This document shows positions 1-12,719 of a stretch of 64,000 nt of DNA, piece by piece. The first letter of the stretch is position 1, and every line of letters starts with the position of its first letter. Location of the stretch: the NCBI GenBank assembly GCA_964016885.1, contig OZ024762.1:1984001-2048000 (forward strand), given 5' to 3'. Source of the stretch: Eledone cirrhosa (taxonomy: Eukaryota). The notes beneath the pieces were generated by a model. It worked only from the letters and a program-made list of their open reading frames with translations, searched no databases and was not told the DNA's origin. Both the position numbers and the translations under genes were made by a program.

Positions 1-318
1 AGCATGGGTTAGACGGGAATTGTCCCACTTGAGGCAAGATTAGTCGTGTGACCGTGTCTCGCTCGTATAGGACTGTCTGGTAGGTTTTCTACAGCTGGAT
101 GCCCTCCCTAACACCAACCACATTTACAGTGTGTGCTGGGTGATTTTTACCGTGTTACCTACACGACCCCTTTACAGTGTGGACTGGATGTTCTGTGGTA
201 CCAACATAACTTTATGTGTAGATATATGTATGTGTGTATGTAGATATATGTATGTGTATGTAGATAAATGTATGTGTGTATGTAGATTATATATACGTAC
301 ATATGTACCCTTCCTTAC

Positions 319-1685
319 CTTATTTAATAACACCCCTGATCCACCATACACCTCCTCCCCCTCCACATCATCATCATACAGTTTTCGCTTTATCCCCCTC
401 ATCTTTACACTACCATCATCATCATCATCATCATCATTAGTTTTATTTATAGTTTTCTTTCTACAATTTTTTTTCAGACTTTGAGTGGGTGTGGTGGTGG
501 TGGTAGTAGTAGTAACAGTGGTGTTACAGGTACTAGTAGTAGTAATAGTAGTAGTAGTAGTAGCAGTACTAAGGGATGTAGGGAAAATTGCAACAGCTTG
601 CAATGACCTGGTGGTAAAATGCACCGGTGAATGCACATAGCCTAATGTGTCGTTTAGATTTAAAGGCTGCGGGCTGTCCCCTTTAGAAGAGAGTTTGTGA
701 GCAGTTTTCTCAGGTGTCTTTATACTGAGGATGTCTAATGTTTGGTCATGATGATGATAATGTTGTTGTTGTTGTTGTTGTGAGGGAGTTATCGCAGAAT
801 GTGACGGTGGCTGTGACGATGTCGTCGCTGCAGACTCTTCGTAACATCTAGTCCGGTTGTAGCGCAGAGTCGATAGGATGTCGATTGCCACTTGTTCATC
901 GTCTTCGCTAAACTGGGCCCCTTTTGAGGCGTCGCTGCCGACATTTTCAACGGTGTCTCCTCCCGTTTCATCGGCAGCAGGTTGCGGTGCAGCTGAATTG
1001 TCTTTCGATAGAGTCTCGGGCCGGTTACCCTGCAGCGGAGAGAAATCACACAATGCCTTCTTTGCAGGTGGTGCTCCAAAATGGGGTGCCACAAATGTCG
1101 CACTAGAAATTTGTCCAATTCTGGACCCAAGGATACACGACGTCATTTTAGTGTTTGCAGTTACAGGCACAGAACTGGCGCCGTTTCCTCCACACCCAGC
1201 TTCTTTCTTATCGTCTCTTAATCTGGTTAAATTCCAAGGAACACTACCATCAAGACCATTCTCCAAGACCTCTTTATTTCCATCATTCTGATGGACAGAA
1301 TCATAACCTTGCTCTCTGCTGGAAGAAATATCAGAATTTCTCAATTTCGAAAATTCCTGACTTGAAGAATTCCTGTCTGAAAGTGAATCTGGAGTTTTCT
1401 CCGTTGATGTTTTTGAAGAGGGCTCCTTGTCCGAGTTATTAACCGGAACAGATTCTAACTTGGACATGCAATTTAGAACATGTTCCGTGAGAATCTGTGT
1501 ACCAATAAAACTACTCAGTTGGTCACGAACATTTTTGGCATTCATCAAGTAACTTGATATTTTGTTGGTACGCTGGTTTGTCATCTTCAAGAGAATATTA
1601 CTGGTATTAGGCTTCATTTCAATCAAAAGAGAATTATCGGAGGCTTCCACTAGAACAATACTCTTGTCTTCCTTCAGGTGCGAAG
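319..1685 (-). CDS. NPAT: NPAT coding exon 11; the gene continues beyond the left window edge
   Basis: Within ORF 172-1758; TTTCTTTAACAG acceptor, AAG|GTAAGG donor after LLNK; no terminal exon seen in the window. Confidence 0.78.
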
Positions 1686-1949
1686 CTGTTAAAGAAAAAT
1701 CAAAGATCAATATTAACCTACAAGTAAACACATACAAAAGTTTGTAGAGGCTGGCCAAGATACTCTCATGGAATGACCAAAGAAACAGTGTAGTTATTAA
1801 TAAGAAGAGTTGAAATTAATGTATGCAAGATTTCACAGCTCTAGCATCACTCCTTCATAGTCAGCCTACCCATGTACATACATATGAGAGTAGACTGATA
1901 ATTTCATAGGTCAAAAACGTTCATAGGCTGACCAAGATACACTGGACAG

Positions 1950-2540
1950 ATTTGTAGCTCAGATATTAGAGAGTCACTCCAGGTAGAGCCGTTACTTCTC
2001 TGAACTGAGAGATCACAGTTCTGATACTATGGACATGTGGTTAGAATGTCTCAGGAGAGAATCTCTGGATTGAGAGATCATAGCTCCGATATTATGGACA
2101 TGTGGTTAGAATGTCTCAGGAGAGAATCTCTGGATTGAGAGATCATAGCTCCGATATTATGGACATGTGGTTAGAATGTCTCAGGAGAGAATCTCTGGAT
2201 TGAGAGATCATAGCTCCGATATTATGGGCATGTGGTTAGAATGTCTCAGGAGAGAATCTCTGGATTGAGAGATCATAGCTCCGATATTATGGACATGTGG
2301 TTAGAATGTCTCAGGAGAGAATCTCTGGACAGATTTTATGAGGAGCAAAACCAACTGGCAGGAAACTCAGGGGTAGACCCTGAGCAAGATGGTTGGATAA
2401 CATCCATGAGCTTGGCTGGTCTCACTTGGGGATCTAGCCAGATCAGTTGGAGACTCTTGCTTCTGACAGGACCCTGTGGAAGGAGTGTTTGGGGACTCTG
2501 CCCCCACGACCCTCTCAGGAATAAGTGGGTAAAGAAGAAT
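1950..2540 (+). mobile_element. RTE-like LINE 3' fragment with an internal 65-bp tandem amplification (about 5 copies, 2005-2330)
   Basis: Encodes a degenerate LRYYGHVVRM RT C-terminus; the same family recurs at 7215-7470, 16750-17040, 24290-24520, 40620-41060 (-) and 49110-49430. Confidence 0.75.
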
Positions 2541-2552
2541 TCTAGAACTTAC

Positions 2553-3992
2553 CAATGGTTTCGTCACATATGCTTCGTACCTTTAACGTAACAACTTTGG
2601 ATGGTACAGAATTTGGTTGTGGTTTCATCATAGCGATAGGCTGTAACTTGCTGTCTCTCACACGAGGAGGATTTCTGGGTCGGCGACCAGGTCGCCTTTT
2701 AACAGGCATTGGTTTAGGATTTCTCTGAGTTTTAGTTTGTTCAGGTTCCAACATGCAATTAGCAACAGGAATTAATGAAGCTATTGATTGGGTTGATATC
2801 AAGTTAGTAAGACAAGGTTGGGATATAGCAGGGTTAAAGACGCCAGTTGCTACTTGAGAGGGAATGATAGTTGGTGTGTCGGCACAAGGGTTAGTAATGT
2901 TTACAGTGGGGTAGGCTGGATCTATGGATGGTAAAGGACCAACCCTGCTTACCGTGGAAGACATGTTCTTTAAAGGAAACACATTCAATGATGAAGGTTG
3001 GAGATTATTTGGCTGTAATGTAACGATCTGTATGTTAGAGGGGTAAGTATTGGGGACTGGAACTACAGATGAGATTTTACCAATATTTTCATTGGAAATT
3101 TTCTGAACTGACTGTACACAATTGAGAGCAGAAGATGACGATAGTAGTTTAGTGGGGGTTAGCATAATAAAAGAGGGGTTAGTTGAAGGTACAATAGAGG
3201 GTGTTAAACAGGGGACAGGCTGATCTGGGAATGAAGATGTGAAAGGGACGTTATTTTCTGTTGTGGCTTTTGATTGAGTTGGAACATTTAAATGACATGT
3301 TGGTTGTTGGCCAGGAAGAGACTGACCAGCAGCAGAGGAAAGTTTTAAAGAATTATTTTCAGAGACAACATATGTTGATTGTTGTGTGACATTGGTTGAA
3401 GCTGATGAATATAAAAGACATGGAACTACTGTTGTTCTCACAGAACATTGTTTTACAGACAAAGAATTTGGTCTAGTGTTTTGTTGTTTTGTACAAGACG
3501 ATGGCAGAGAGACTGAAGTATTAACTAAGGGTTTGTCACAGGAATCTCTCACACCTTTAATGCTTTGTATAACTGTATTAGTAGCGAGAGGAGAATTTGT
3601 ACTAGTAGAATACACATCCATAGATATAGAAGTCTGAGCTGATGCCCTTTGGTTCGATAAAACTGGACATTCAACAACTACATTCTTTGTTTTTATGTTC
3701 TGGCAAGGCTCAGAATCTTTGCTTGTATTCTGAACAGCTGAAGAACTCTCAGAATTAGTTACAGTGGATAATACACATGCTTTGCTGGCAATCTCGGAAT
3801 GTTCTAGCTCGTGTAAATTACTTGTTGCAATGGAAATATTGCAGGATGGAAGTTCATCTTGTTGCCAGTGTTGTTTTTCTACAATAAAATTCTGGTCAGA
3901 AGAGATATTGGCCTGAGAATGTGAACTGGAGTCATCTGGACAGAGTTTATCAACAATTTGTAAAAATGAGCTTGGTGGTTTCTGCATATTTC
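2553..3992 (-). CDS. NPAT: NPAT coding exon 10 (Ser/Thr/Pro-rich, basic KRRPGRRPR)
   Basis: Within ORF 2542-3987; AAG acceptor after a pyrimidine tract, G|GTAAGT donor, phase 1-1. Confidence 0.8.
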
Positions 3993-4009
3993 CTTCAATA
4001 AAGAGAAAC

Positions 4010-4560
4010 AGAGATTAGATATGGTGGAATAAAGTCTTTAAGTTATATATAACACTAAATATTGCAGTCTTAATTTACACGATATAATATAAGATAGTGT
4101 AGGATAGTCTTAACTAATACATGCCATAATATTACATATTGTAAGGTAGTCTTAACTAATGACATATTAGATATGGTGGAATGATGTCTTTTAAGTTATA
4201 TATAACAATAAATATTGCAAGGTACAGTCTTAACTTTTACATGATATAAGATTTTGTAGGATAGTCTTAACTAGTGTGACATAATAACATATTGTAGGAT
4301 AGTCTTAAATAACATGTCATAATATTACATACTATAGAGTAGTCTTAAGTAATACATGTCATATTGGATATTATAAGACAGTCTTAACTTATGACATATT
4401 AGATATTGTAGGATAATCATAACTAATACATGTCATATTGGATATTGTAGAGTAGCCTTAACTAATACACGTCATAACATTAGATAGTTTAGGATAGTCT
4501 TAACTAATACACGTCATAACATTAGATAGTTTAGGATAGTCTTAACTAATACATAATATC
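4010..4560. repeat. Degenerate ~42-bp tandem repeat (GGATAGTCTTAACTAATACA core)
   Basis: Core motif recurs more than 10 times. Confidence 0.7.
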
Positions 4561-4611
4561 AGATCTTTTGGAAGACTATTGGAATAAGAATCTACTTCTT
4601 CAAGTTCTTAC

Positions 4612-4650
4612 CTTGGTAAGAATTTTCATCATAGACGGCTTCATCGGCAA
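4612..4650 (-). CDS. NPAT: NPAT coding exon 9 (39-nt small exon)
   Basis: TTTTTTTACAG acceptor, AAG|GTAAGA donor, phase 1-1, open. Confidence 0.65.
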
Positions 4651-4688
4651 CTGTAAAAAAACAAGAGAAAATATCTTTATATATTTAT

Positions 4689-4930
4689 ATGGAAAGGAAC
4701 GAAGCATGCATGCTCCGTTGGATGTGTAATAGTAATATACGTGAACGGAAAAGCATAAATGAACTAAGTGAGAAATTAAGAATAAGAGGGATCAGATGCT
4801 GTTTACTCGAGAGAAGACTACGTTGGTATGGTCATGTGATGCGCATGAAAGACGACAGATGTATAAAAAAGTGCAGGGCGATCAAAATTGATGGTAGTTA
4901 CGGAGTAGGTAGACCCAGAAAAACCTGGGA
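4689..4930 (+). mobile_element. RTE-type LINE 3' fragment
   Basis: MLRWMC...RRLRWYGHVMRM...GRPRKTW. Confidence 0.8.
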
Positions 4931-5157
4931 CATTTACAGTGAGTGCTGGGTGCTTTTTTGCCGTGGCACCTCCACGACCACTTTGCAGTGGAATGATAGG
5001 GACCCCAGTCCCTATCATCTCATTTCTACAGCTGAGTAAACTGGAGCAATGTGAAATAAAGTGTCTTGCTCAAGGAAACAACACATCACCCGGTCTGAGA
5101 ATTGAACTCACAACCATTCGATTGCAAGGCCAATGCTCTAACCAGTAAGCCATGTGC
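4930..5157 (-). mobile_element. tRNA-derived SINE
   Basis: A/B-box-like head plus CTTGAGCAAGACACTTTATTTCAC body; related copies at 12455-12620, 14740-14815, 22655-22945, 28345-28470, 36485-36710 and 59000-59230. Confidence 0.7.
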
Positions 5158-5277
5158 CTACATATATATATATAGAGAGAGAGAGATAGATGGAGGCATG
5201 GATCTGAGGTTTGGAATTTTGTTTTATAAGCACAGTGTAAAAATGAAAGGCAAATAAATGGAAGATGTTCTGATTAC

Positions 5278-5377
5278 CAGATGCAAACAGTTTGAGAAGA
5301 TCATCGAGAACTGGTATTCCATCATTACTGGTCTTGTCAATAACCTCTTCAATATCATCTTTGGTCATATGGAAATC
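5278..5377 (-). CDS. NPAT: NPAT coding exon 8 (MTKDDIEEVIDKT...LDDLLKLF)
   Basis: CAG acceptor, G|GTAATC donor, phase 0-1; resembles the NPAT M.E.AIQDILEQT..DPAFQALFDLF region. Confidence 0.8.
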
Positions 5378-5782
5378 CTGGCAAGATTAACACAAGAGAA
5401 ATACATCATGATTAAAGGTATAACATTTACATTACTCTATATATACTATTGTATCTTTGTGGTAAAGGTTTTACTTTACATAATATCTCACATAATATCG
5501 AATAGACGAGATTTTGATGTTATTTATTTTGAGAATAATACCTTAATATCAGAACTAGATGCCAGTTACAGCTGGTTTGAACAGAAAAGGGTGAGAGAAT
5601 TGTAGCCGGATAGGGCCGATTTAAATGCTAAAGGGTTAAAGGTATAGTGTCCTTAAATCTTGGTGGAGTTATAGTGAGGAGAGTGTAGAAACATACAGCA
5701 AATCTCTCTCTCTCTCTATATATATATATATCATTTAGTGTCCATTTTCCATGCTAATATCTATCTATCTATGTAATAACTA

Positions 5783-5990
5783 AGAGAAGGTACCAGTAAT
5801 ACATTTGGTCAACAATATGTCTTAACTAAGACAAGGTACCAGTAATACACTTGGTCAACAATATGTCTTAACTAAGAGAAGGTACCAGTAATACACTTGG
5901 TCAACAATATGTCTTAACTAAGAGAAGGTACCAGTAATACACTTGGTCAACAATATGTCTTGGTTAAGACAAGGTACCAGTAATACTTAC
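5783..5990. repeat. 46-bp minisatellite (about 4.5 copies) derived from the NPAT exon 7 donor junction
   Basis: Unit AAGGTACCAGTAATACACTTGGTCAACAATATGTCTTAACTAAGAG. Confidence 0.85.
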
Positions 5991-6170
5991 GGTCAACAGT
6001 ATGTCTGTCATTAGTTTATCACATTCAGCAGGTTGTTTTTCTTCCACCTTTTTCTGGTCACTGATCTTCTCGACTAAGTCTATCTTGGAATCACCGTAGA
6101 GTTTCTTGTTAATGTTTGCTGCCAGAGCTTTAGCCAGGCTGGTCTCAGAAATTACTTTTTCAACAAATGT
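5991..6170 (-). CDS. NPAT: NPAT coding exon 7 (LAKALAANINKKLY)
   Basis: TTTTACAG acceptor, GTAAGT donor, 180 nt; LAANINKKL resembles the conserved NPAT LAENINKFL motif. Confidence 0.85.
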
Positions 6171-6429
6171 CTGTAAAACCAAACAGAGAGACATATTTAT
6201 TTAAAATTTTAAAAACACATAGTATGCTGGTGACATGACAAAAAGGACTCAGTCCATTGTGTAAGATAGTAGTGCTGGTGAAACAACAAAAAGTACCTTG
6301 TTCACTCTGTAAGGTTGTCATGCAGGTGATATGATAAAAAAACACCAGTACGTGTCTTCGATAAAAGACCAGCTTTATTCAACAACAGAATAGAAATAGG
6401 GATAGAATTTTAAAGAGATAAAACCTTAC

Positions 6430-6538
6430 AGGGATAGAATCTTTGTTATAAGAGCCATCTTGACTGTTATTGGGATCAGTTCGCAGTTGGGATGGTCCAG
6501 CTACGCAAATGTCCAGAGGTCTTTTCTCGGGTGGACAG
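6430..6538 (-). CDS. NPAT: NPAT coding exon 6 (RCPPEKRPLDIC...DSIP)
   Basis: CTTGTAG acceptor, GTAAGG donor, phase 2-0; bridges the phases of exons 5 and 7 exactly. Confidence 0.75.
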
Positions 6539-6554
6539 CTACAAGAGACAGGAA

Positions 6555-6995
6555 TTAATTAATTAATTTAGGAATATATAATTAATTTAGGAATATATAA
6601 TTAATTTAGGAACACATAATTAATTTAGGATCACATATAATTAATTTAGGAATATATAATTAATTTAGGAACACATAATTAATTTAGGAACACACAATTA
6701 ATTTAGGATCACATATAATTAATTTAGGAATATATAATTAATTTAGGAATATATAATTAATTTAGGAACACATAATTAATTTATGATCACATATAATTAA
6801 TTTAGGAATATATAATTAATTTAGAAACACACAATTAATTTATGATCACATATAATTAATTTAGGAATATATAATTAATTTAGGAACACATAATTAATTT
6901 ATGATCACATAATTAATTTAGGAATACATAATTAATTTAGGAACATATAATTAATTTAGAAACATGTAATTAATTTAGGAACATATAATTAATTC
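6555..6995. repeat. ~19-21-bp AT-rich minisatellite (TAATTAATTTAGGAATATA)
   Basis: More than 20 direct copies. Confidence 0.9.
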
Positions 6996-7864
6996 AGCAA
7001 TACATATAATTTGAAGCAAGAATATACTTCTTGAAAGTACTCCCACGATTTCTCAAAGACCTGCCACAGTGTGAATATTCGGTCAGCTGTGCTGCGTCTA
7101 GGGTGAAAACCACACTGTTCATCAGCTAGCTTGGACATGACAATCTCCCTACAGCGCTTTGCCAGACACTTAGCATAGACTTTACCAAGGAAGCTTAACG
7201 AGGAGATCACAGGCTCTGATATTACAGGCATGTGGTTAGAATGTCTCAGGAAAGAACTGCTGGACAGATTTTACAAGCAAAATCAACTGGCAGGAGACCC
7301 AGGGGTAGACCCCAAACAAGATGGTTGGATAACATCCATGAGCTTGGCTGGTAATGCTAGGGGGATCCAGCCGAATCAGTTGGAGACGGTTGCATCTGAC
7401 AGGACCCACTGGAAGGAGTGTTTGAGGATTCTTCTCCCCATGACCCTCTCAGGAATAAGTGGGAGAAGTAAGCATATAATTAATTTAATCTAATCTAATC
7501 TGGCTGAGTTTACACTCGCAAATAAAAAGAACCAGGGCCGCCTCTGGGAACATTGGATTTGTTGTACTTTACATTTGTTTCGGTTGTTGAATACAATCAG
7601 AGGTCACTGCTTCTCCTGAAGGTCAATAGTTCTCTTCTAATTCGAGCGGGAGCACCTTTCCATCGTCAATTTGCATTGTTCATCTGCAAAGCCACATTGT
7701 TCTCAGAACCACTACACCAGTCTTTAGATGTGGGCAGCTGGAACTACTGCCACCCATTGATTTGGCGGAAAATTAATTTAACAACACAGTTAATTTAATG
7801 GGCTGATAATTAGCTGATAACTGCCTCAAAATGTCCCGTCCAGCCCATGCCAACAACAATGATA

Positions 7865-8055
7865 ATTCTTTCTACCTTTGGCACAAGGCCAGCAATTATC
7901 CAGTGCATTACTGGTACTTTATTTTATCGACCCCGTAAAGATTGAAAGGCAAAGTTAACCTCGGCGGGATTTGAACTCAGAATGGCAAGGGTCGTAACTC
8001 TATGCATCAAGCAAAGCATGGCGTCTGACTCTCTACCGATACTGCCAATCCACAA
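7865..8055 (-). mobile_element. SINE (ACTGGTACTTTATTTTATCGACCCC...GGGATTTGAACTC family)
   Basis: B-box-like GAGTTCAAATCCC on the minus strand; copies at 33285-33475, 42915-43780 (cluster), 50200-50290, 58345-58555, 58840-58935 and 59960-60100. Confidence 0.7.
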
Positions 8056-8085
8056 TGATGATGATGATGATGATGATATACGTAC

Positions 8086-9436
8086 CGTTTCCGCTTTGAT
8101 TTTCCATAATCTGATTCTGACTGCTTCAAAGGAGTGAATGAGTCAAAGAAAGCGCCATCTTTGTCTCTGACCGGGGTGTTCAAGGTGTCGTGTAGATGCG
8201 CAACTTTCTGGGTAGAAGATTTCACTGGAGTTCGATAAATACTAGACGGGGTCTTCGTCGGAGTCAACGCCAGCCCGGCTATACTGTAGAAATTGGGTTG
8301 TGTCATCGAAGACAACAGAGTGGGTGACGTAGTGAATGAGGGGGCGAGTAAAGATAGATTGTTTGTAGGTAGAACTGTTGGTGACGTTGCTGATGGTGAT
8401 GATGTGGTGGTGGTGGTGGTGGTGTGGTGTAGTGGTGGTGTGGTGGTGGTGGTGGTGGCGGTGGTGGTGGTGGTGGTGGTGGCGGTGTTGTCAGTGATTG
8501 TGGTGGATGGGGAGATGGGAGTTGAAGGAGATGGTGGGGTATTAACGCTAGAAACTGGGACCAGGGAATTAAGGGACACAGACAAAGACACAGAATCTGT
8601 AGATGGCTGTTTGGTGGTCTCGGCTGAAGACCGAGGATTTGAAGGTAACAAAGATGGACGCTCGGAATATTTTTCAGTGAGGTAAATGGTTGAAGCTGTG
8701 GTATTATTAACCAATTCTGTTGACATGACTGATTCTGTTAATGGTACTACTGTATTACTAGTAATATCAGTAGTAGTAGTTGCTGTAGTAATAGTAGTAG
8801 TAGTAGTAGTAGTAGTACTAATTGTTGTAGTTAATGTTGCAGGTGGTGATGGTGATGACGGTGGCAGTGGTTGTAATGAAGGTGATGGTGATGATGGTGA
8901 CAATGGTGGTGGTGGTAGTAGTACTGGTGATACTAATGATGGTGGTGGTGGTGGTAGTAGTAGTGGTGGTGGTGGTGGTGGTAGTAGTGGTGGTGGTGGT
9001 GGTGGTAGTAGTGGTGGTGGTGGTGGTGGTAGTAGTGGTGGTGGTGGTGGTGGTAGTAGTAGTAGTGGTGGTGGTGGTGGTGGTGGTGGTGGTAGTAATG
9101 GTGAAGGTGCTGATGATGATAATGGTGGTGGTAGGGGTGGTGGTAATGATAATGATGGTGGTAGGGGTAGTAGTTGTGGTGGTGGTAGTAGTGGCAGTAA
9201 CGGTGAAGGTGCTGCTGATGATGATAATGGTGGTGGTAGGGGTGAAGGAGATGATGAATTAGCAAGGGAGCCCTCTTCTAATGTTCTTTGATCAGGAGAA
9301 AACCCGGCAGGCGCCGGTCTGACACTGACGGACTCCTGTTTATCACATGATGGTTTCTTCACACCGCCCTCCGCTGGACTAGAGACCAGCATCCCTGAGA
9401 CTGTCATGGCATTTTGTAGGATGTCAGACTCTTTAG
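8086..9436 (-). CDS. NPAT: NPAT coding exon 5 (poly-Pro/poly-Thr low-complexity region, CDK-type TPxK/R sites)
   Basis: TTCTTCTCAG acceptor, CG|GTACGT donor, phase 1-2; lies within ORF 8007-9407. Confidence 0.75.
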
Positions 9437-9493
9437 CTGAGAAGAAAATAGAAAGAAGTTATATAAAAATGTTTAAAATATATATAAAAATGT

Positions 9494-9794
9494 AATCATC
9501 ATCATCATCATCATTTTACGTACGCTTTTCCTTAAAGGGATGATGATGATGATAGTGAGGATAATGATGGTGATGGTGGTGGTGGTGATGATGGTGATGG
9601 TGGTGGTGATGGTGATGATGGTGGTGATGGTGGTGATGATGGTGGTGATGGTGATGGTGATGATGGTGGTGATGGTGATGGTGATGATGGTTTCAGTGAA
9701 AGTGAGATGGTGATAGTGATAATAAGAGTGATGGTGGTGATGATGATAGTGGCGGTGATGGTGATTGTGATGGTGGTGATGGTGATAATGATGG

Positions 9795-9825
<31 letters not shown>

Positions 9826-9830
9826 AGTGA
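9494..9830. repeat. (GAT/GGT)n trinucleotide low-complexity tract
   Basis: Directly visible. Confidence 0.9.
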
Positions 9831-10165
9831 TGGAAAATTTTAAAAAACAACTAAACTTTAAACAACAATGGCTTAACACAGCTTAATGACTTTTGTTTGT
9901 TTGTCGGCTTCTTTCTTTCTTTTGAAAACCATTTTCCAAGAAATGCCAGTAGAAGGAAGACGCAGTAGAGGAAGACCACGAAAAACATAGGCGGAGGTGG
10001 TGACAGCTGACCTCAGATCTCTGAAGCTGACAGAGGAGATGACGAAGGACTGTGACAAGTGGAGAGATGATGTGCTGAATAGGACCCGTCCAACCCTTGC
10101 AAGCAGGGAAAAGCGGACGTAAAATGATGATGATGATGATGAAACTTCTAGAAAGAGATATTTAC

Positions 10166-10403
10166 CAGTTGAAGTATGCAAGGTGTTGTTGTTAGCTTGG
10201 TTATTACTGTTGTTGTTGCCATATTGTGGAAACTTTCTTTCTTCGTGTCTCTCTTCTGTCTCCACCACCACCTCTTCAGTTGCCCCACTCAGGTCTGTGT
10301 TAGGGGACAATTGACATGAGGAACTCAAGGAATTTATATCACAGTCTAAGTTGTCTGCTCTTTCACTTTGTTGGGTTTTCGTTGAAAGATATTGATTGTT
10401 CGG
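10166..10403 (-). CDS. NPAT: NPAT coding exon 4
   Basis: TTTTACAG acceptor, G|GTAAAT donor, phase 0-1, open frame. Confidence 0.72.
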
Positions 10404-10790
10404 CTGTAAAATGGAATTGATTGGAAAATATTCAATGGAAGATATCGTCATATATTATCTGGATTAAATTTATTATGTTCAATTGTAGTTCAATACACAA
10501 AGAACAGAAATGTCAAACGTGAGTTGTGTGGCTTAGTACAGGGGTTCCCAACCACCAGGGCGCGGACCAGTACCAATACGTGGATCATTTGCTACTAGGC
10601 CGCAAAGAAATAATTAACTTGTTTATCATCATCGTCGTTTAACGTCTAAAATTATATAATAGATAAATTGAATATTGGACTCTAATTTAAAAAGATTTCT
10701 TTAAATATTCAATATTCATCTACTCAATACACTTTTTCTTCCCTTTAATAAATTACTCTTTTTATTATTGCTCTCTTTATCGAAATGCAC

Positions 10791-12335
10791 TTAAACCCTT
10801 TAGCATTACTCTATATATACTATTGTATTTTCACAGTAAAGTCTTTACCTCACATAATATCTCACATAACATTTACATTACTCTATATATACTATTGTAT
10901 TTTCACAGTAAAGTCTTTACCTCACATAATATCTCACATAACATTTACATTACTCTATATATACTATTGTATTTTCACAGTAAAGTCTTTACCTCACATA
11001 ATATCTCACATAACATTTACATTACTCTATATATACTATTGTATTTTCACAGTAAAGTCTTTACCTCACATAATATCTCACATAACATTTACATTACTCT
11101 ATATATACTATTGTATTTTCACAGTAAAGTCTTTACCTCACATAATATCTCACATAACATTTACATTACTCTATATATACTATTGTATTTTCACAGTAAA
11201 GTCTTTACCTCACATAATATCTCACATAACATTTACATTACTCTATATATACTATTGTATTTTCACAGTAAAGTCTTTACCTCACATAATATCTCACATA
11301 ACATTTACATTACTCTATATATACTATTGTATTTTCACAGTAAAGTCTTTACCTCACATAATATCTCACATAACATTTACATTACTCTATATATACTATT
11401 GTATTTTCACAGTAAAGTCTTTACCTCACATAATATCTCACATAACATTTACATTACTCTATATATACTATTGTATTTTCACAGTAAAGTCTTTACCTCA
11501 CATAATATCTCACATAACATTTACATTACTCTATATATACTATTGTATTTTCACAGTAAAGTCTTTACCTCACATAATATCTCACATAACATTTACATTA
11601 CTCTATATATACTATTGTATTTTCACAGTAAAGTCTTTACCTCACATAATATCTCACATAACATTTACATTACTCTATATATACTATTGTATTTTCACAG
11701 TAAAGTCTTTACCTCACATAATATCTCACATAACATTTACATTACTCTATATATACTATTGTATTTTCACAGTAAAGTCTTTACCTCACATAATATCTCA
11801 CATAACATTTACATTACTGTATATATACTATTGTATTTTCACAGTAAAGTCTTTACCTCACATAATATCTCACATAACATTTACATTACTCTATATATAC
11901 TATTGTATTTTCACAGTAAAGTCTTTACCTCACATAATATCTCACATAACATTTACATTACTCTATATATACTATTGTATTTTCACAGTAAAGTCTTTAC
12001 CTCACATAACATTTACATTACTCTATATATACTATTGTATTTTCACAGTAAAAGGCTTTACCTCACATAATATCTCACATAACATTTACATTACTCTATA
12101 TATATTATTGTATTTTCACAGTAACGGCTTTACCTCACATAACATTTACATTACTCTATATATACTATTGTATTTTCACAGTAAAGGCTTTACCCCACAT
12201 AATATCGAATCTATGAGATTTTGATATTGTTTATTTTGAGAACAATAACTCAACATCAGTATGAGTGGCCAGTTACAGCTGGTTTCAACAGATAGAGGTA
12301 AGAGAATTCTGGCCAGATATGGCTGGTTTCTATGT
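10791..12335. repeat. 72-bp minisatellite (about 19 copies, 10805-12200) amplified inside a piggyBac-like MITE
   Basis: Near-identical 72-bp units; begins at TTAAACCCTTTAGCATT; unit and downstream body match single-copy MITEs at 5420-5640, 28490-28715 and 56978-57193. Confidence 0.9.
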
Positions 12336-12719
12336 GTTTAGATAGCATAACAATTGTTATCTATATAAACACATAGAAACATGTGAACCATTATTAATAT
12401 AGAGACTAATGAAATCACTTCTTTCATTTAACGACTGTCACTAATAAAGTGGGAAGGTGTGTGGTTAAGTGGGTAGGCTGTTTGACTCATGATTGCAAGG
12501 TCATGTGTTCAATTCCTGGACCGTGTGGTATGTTGTCTCCTTGAGCAAGACACTTTATTTCACATTGCTACAGTCCAGTCAACTGACAAAAATGAGTTGG
12601 ACTTGTAATTCAAGGGGCCAGCCTTGTAACCCTATTTCAAAGCGTTCCTATTTAAATTAAAAGCCTTCCTCATAATTTTAAGTAAAAGAAAGAAATTTAC
12701 AATCCATCTTTTGCATATT

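Noticed and set aside
7573-7770. Unique-looking segment as a possible NPAT exon
   Set aside because: Stops occur in the minus-strand frames and the phases do not fit; exon 6430-6538 already closes the frame.
8293-9291. Gly-rich, Val-rich and His-rich ORFs
   Set aside because: Alternative-frame or antisense readings of the poly-Pro/Thr microsatellite in NPAT exon 5.
10785-12224. 479-aa and 415-aa repetitive ORFs; CRISPR-like regularity
   Set aside because: These are translations of a stop-free 72-bp tandem repeat in an NPAT intron; there are no unique spacers or cas genes, and the context is eukaryotic.
12455-12540. tRNA-like sequences (also at ~5100, 14750, 36650 and 59180)
   Set aside because: Degenerate heads fused to a shared SINE body; no intact cloverleaf.
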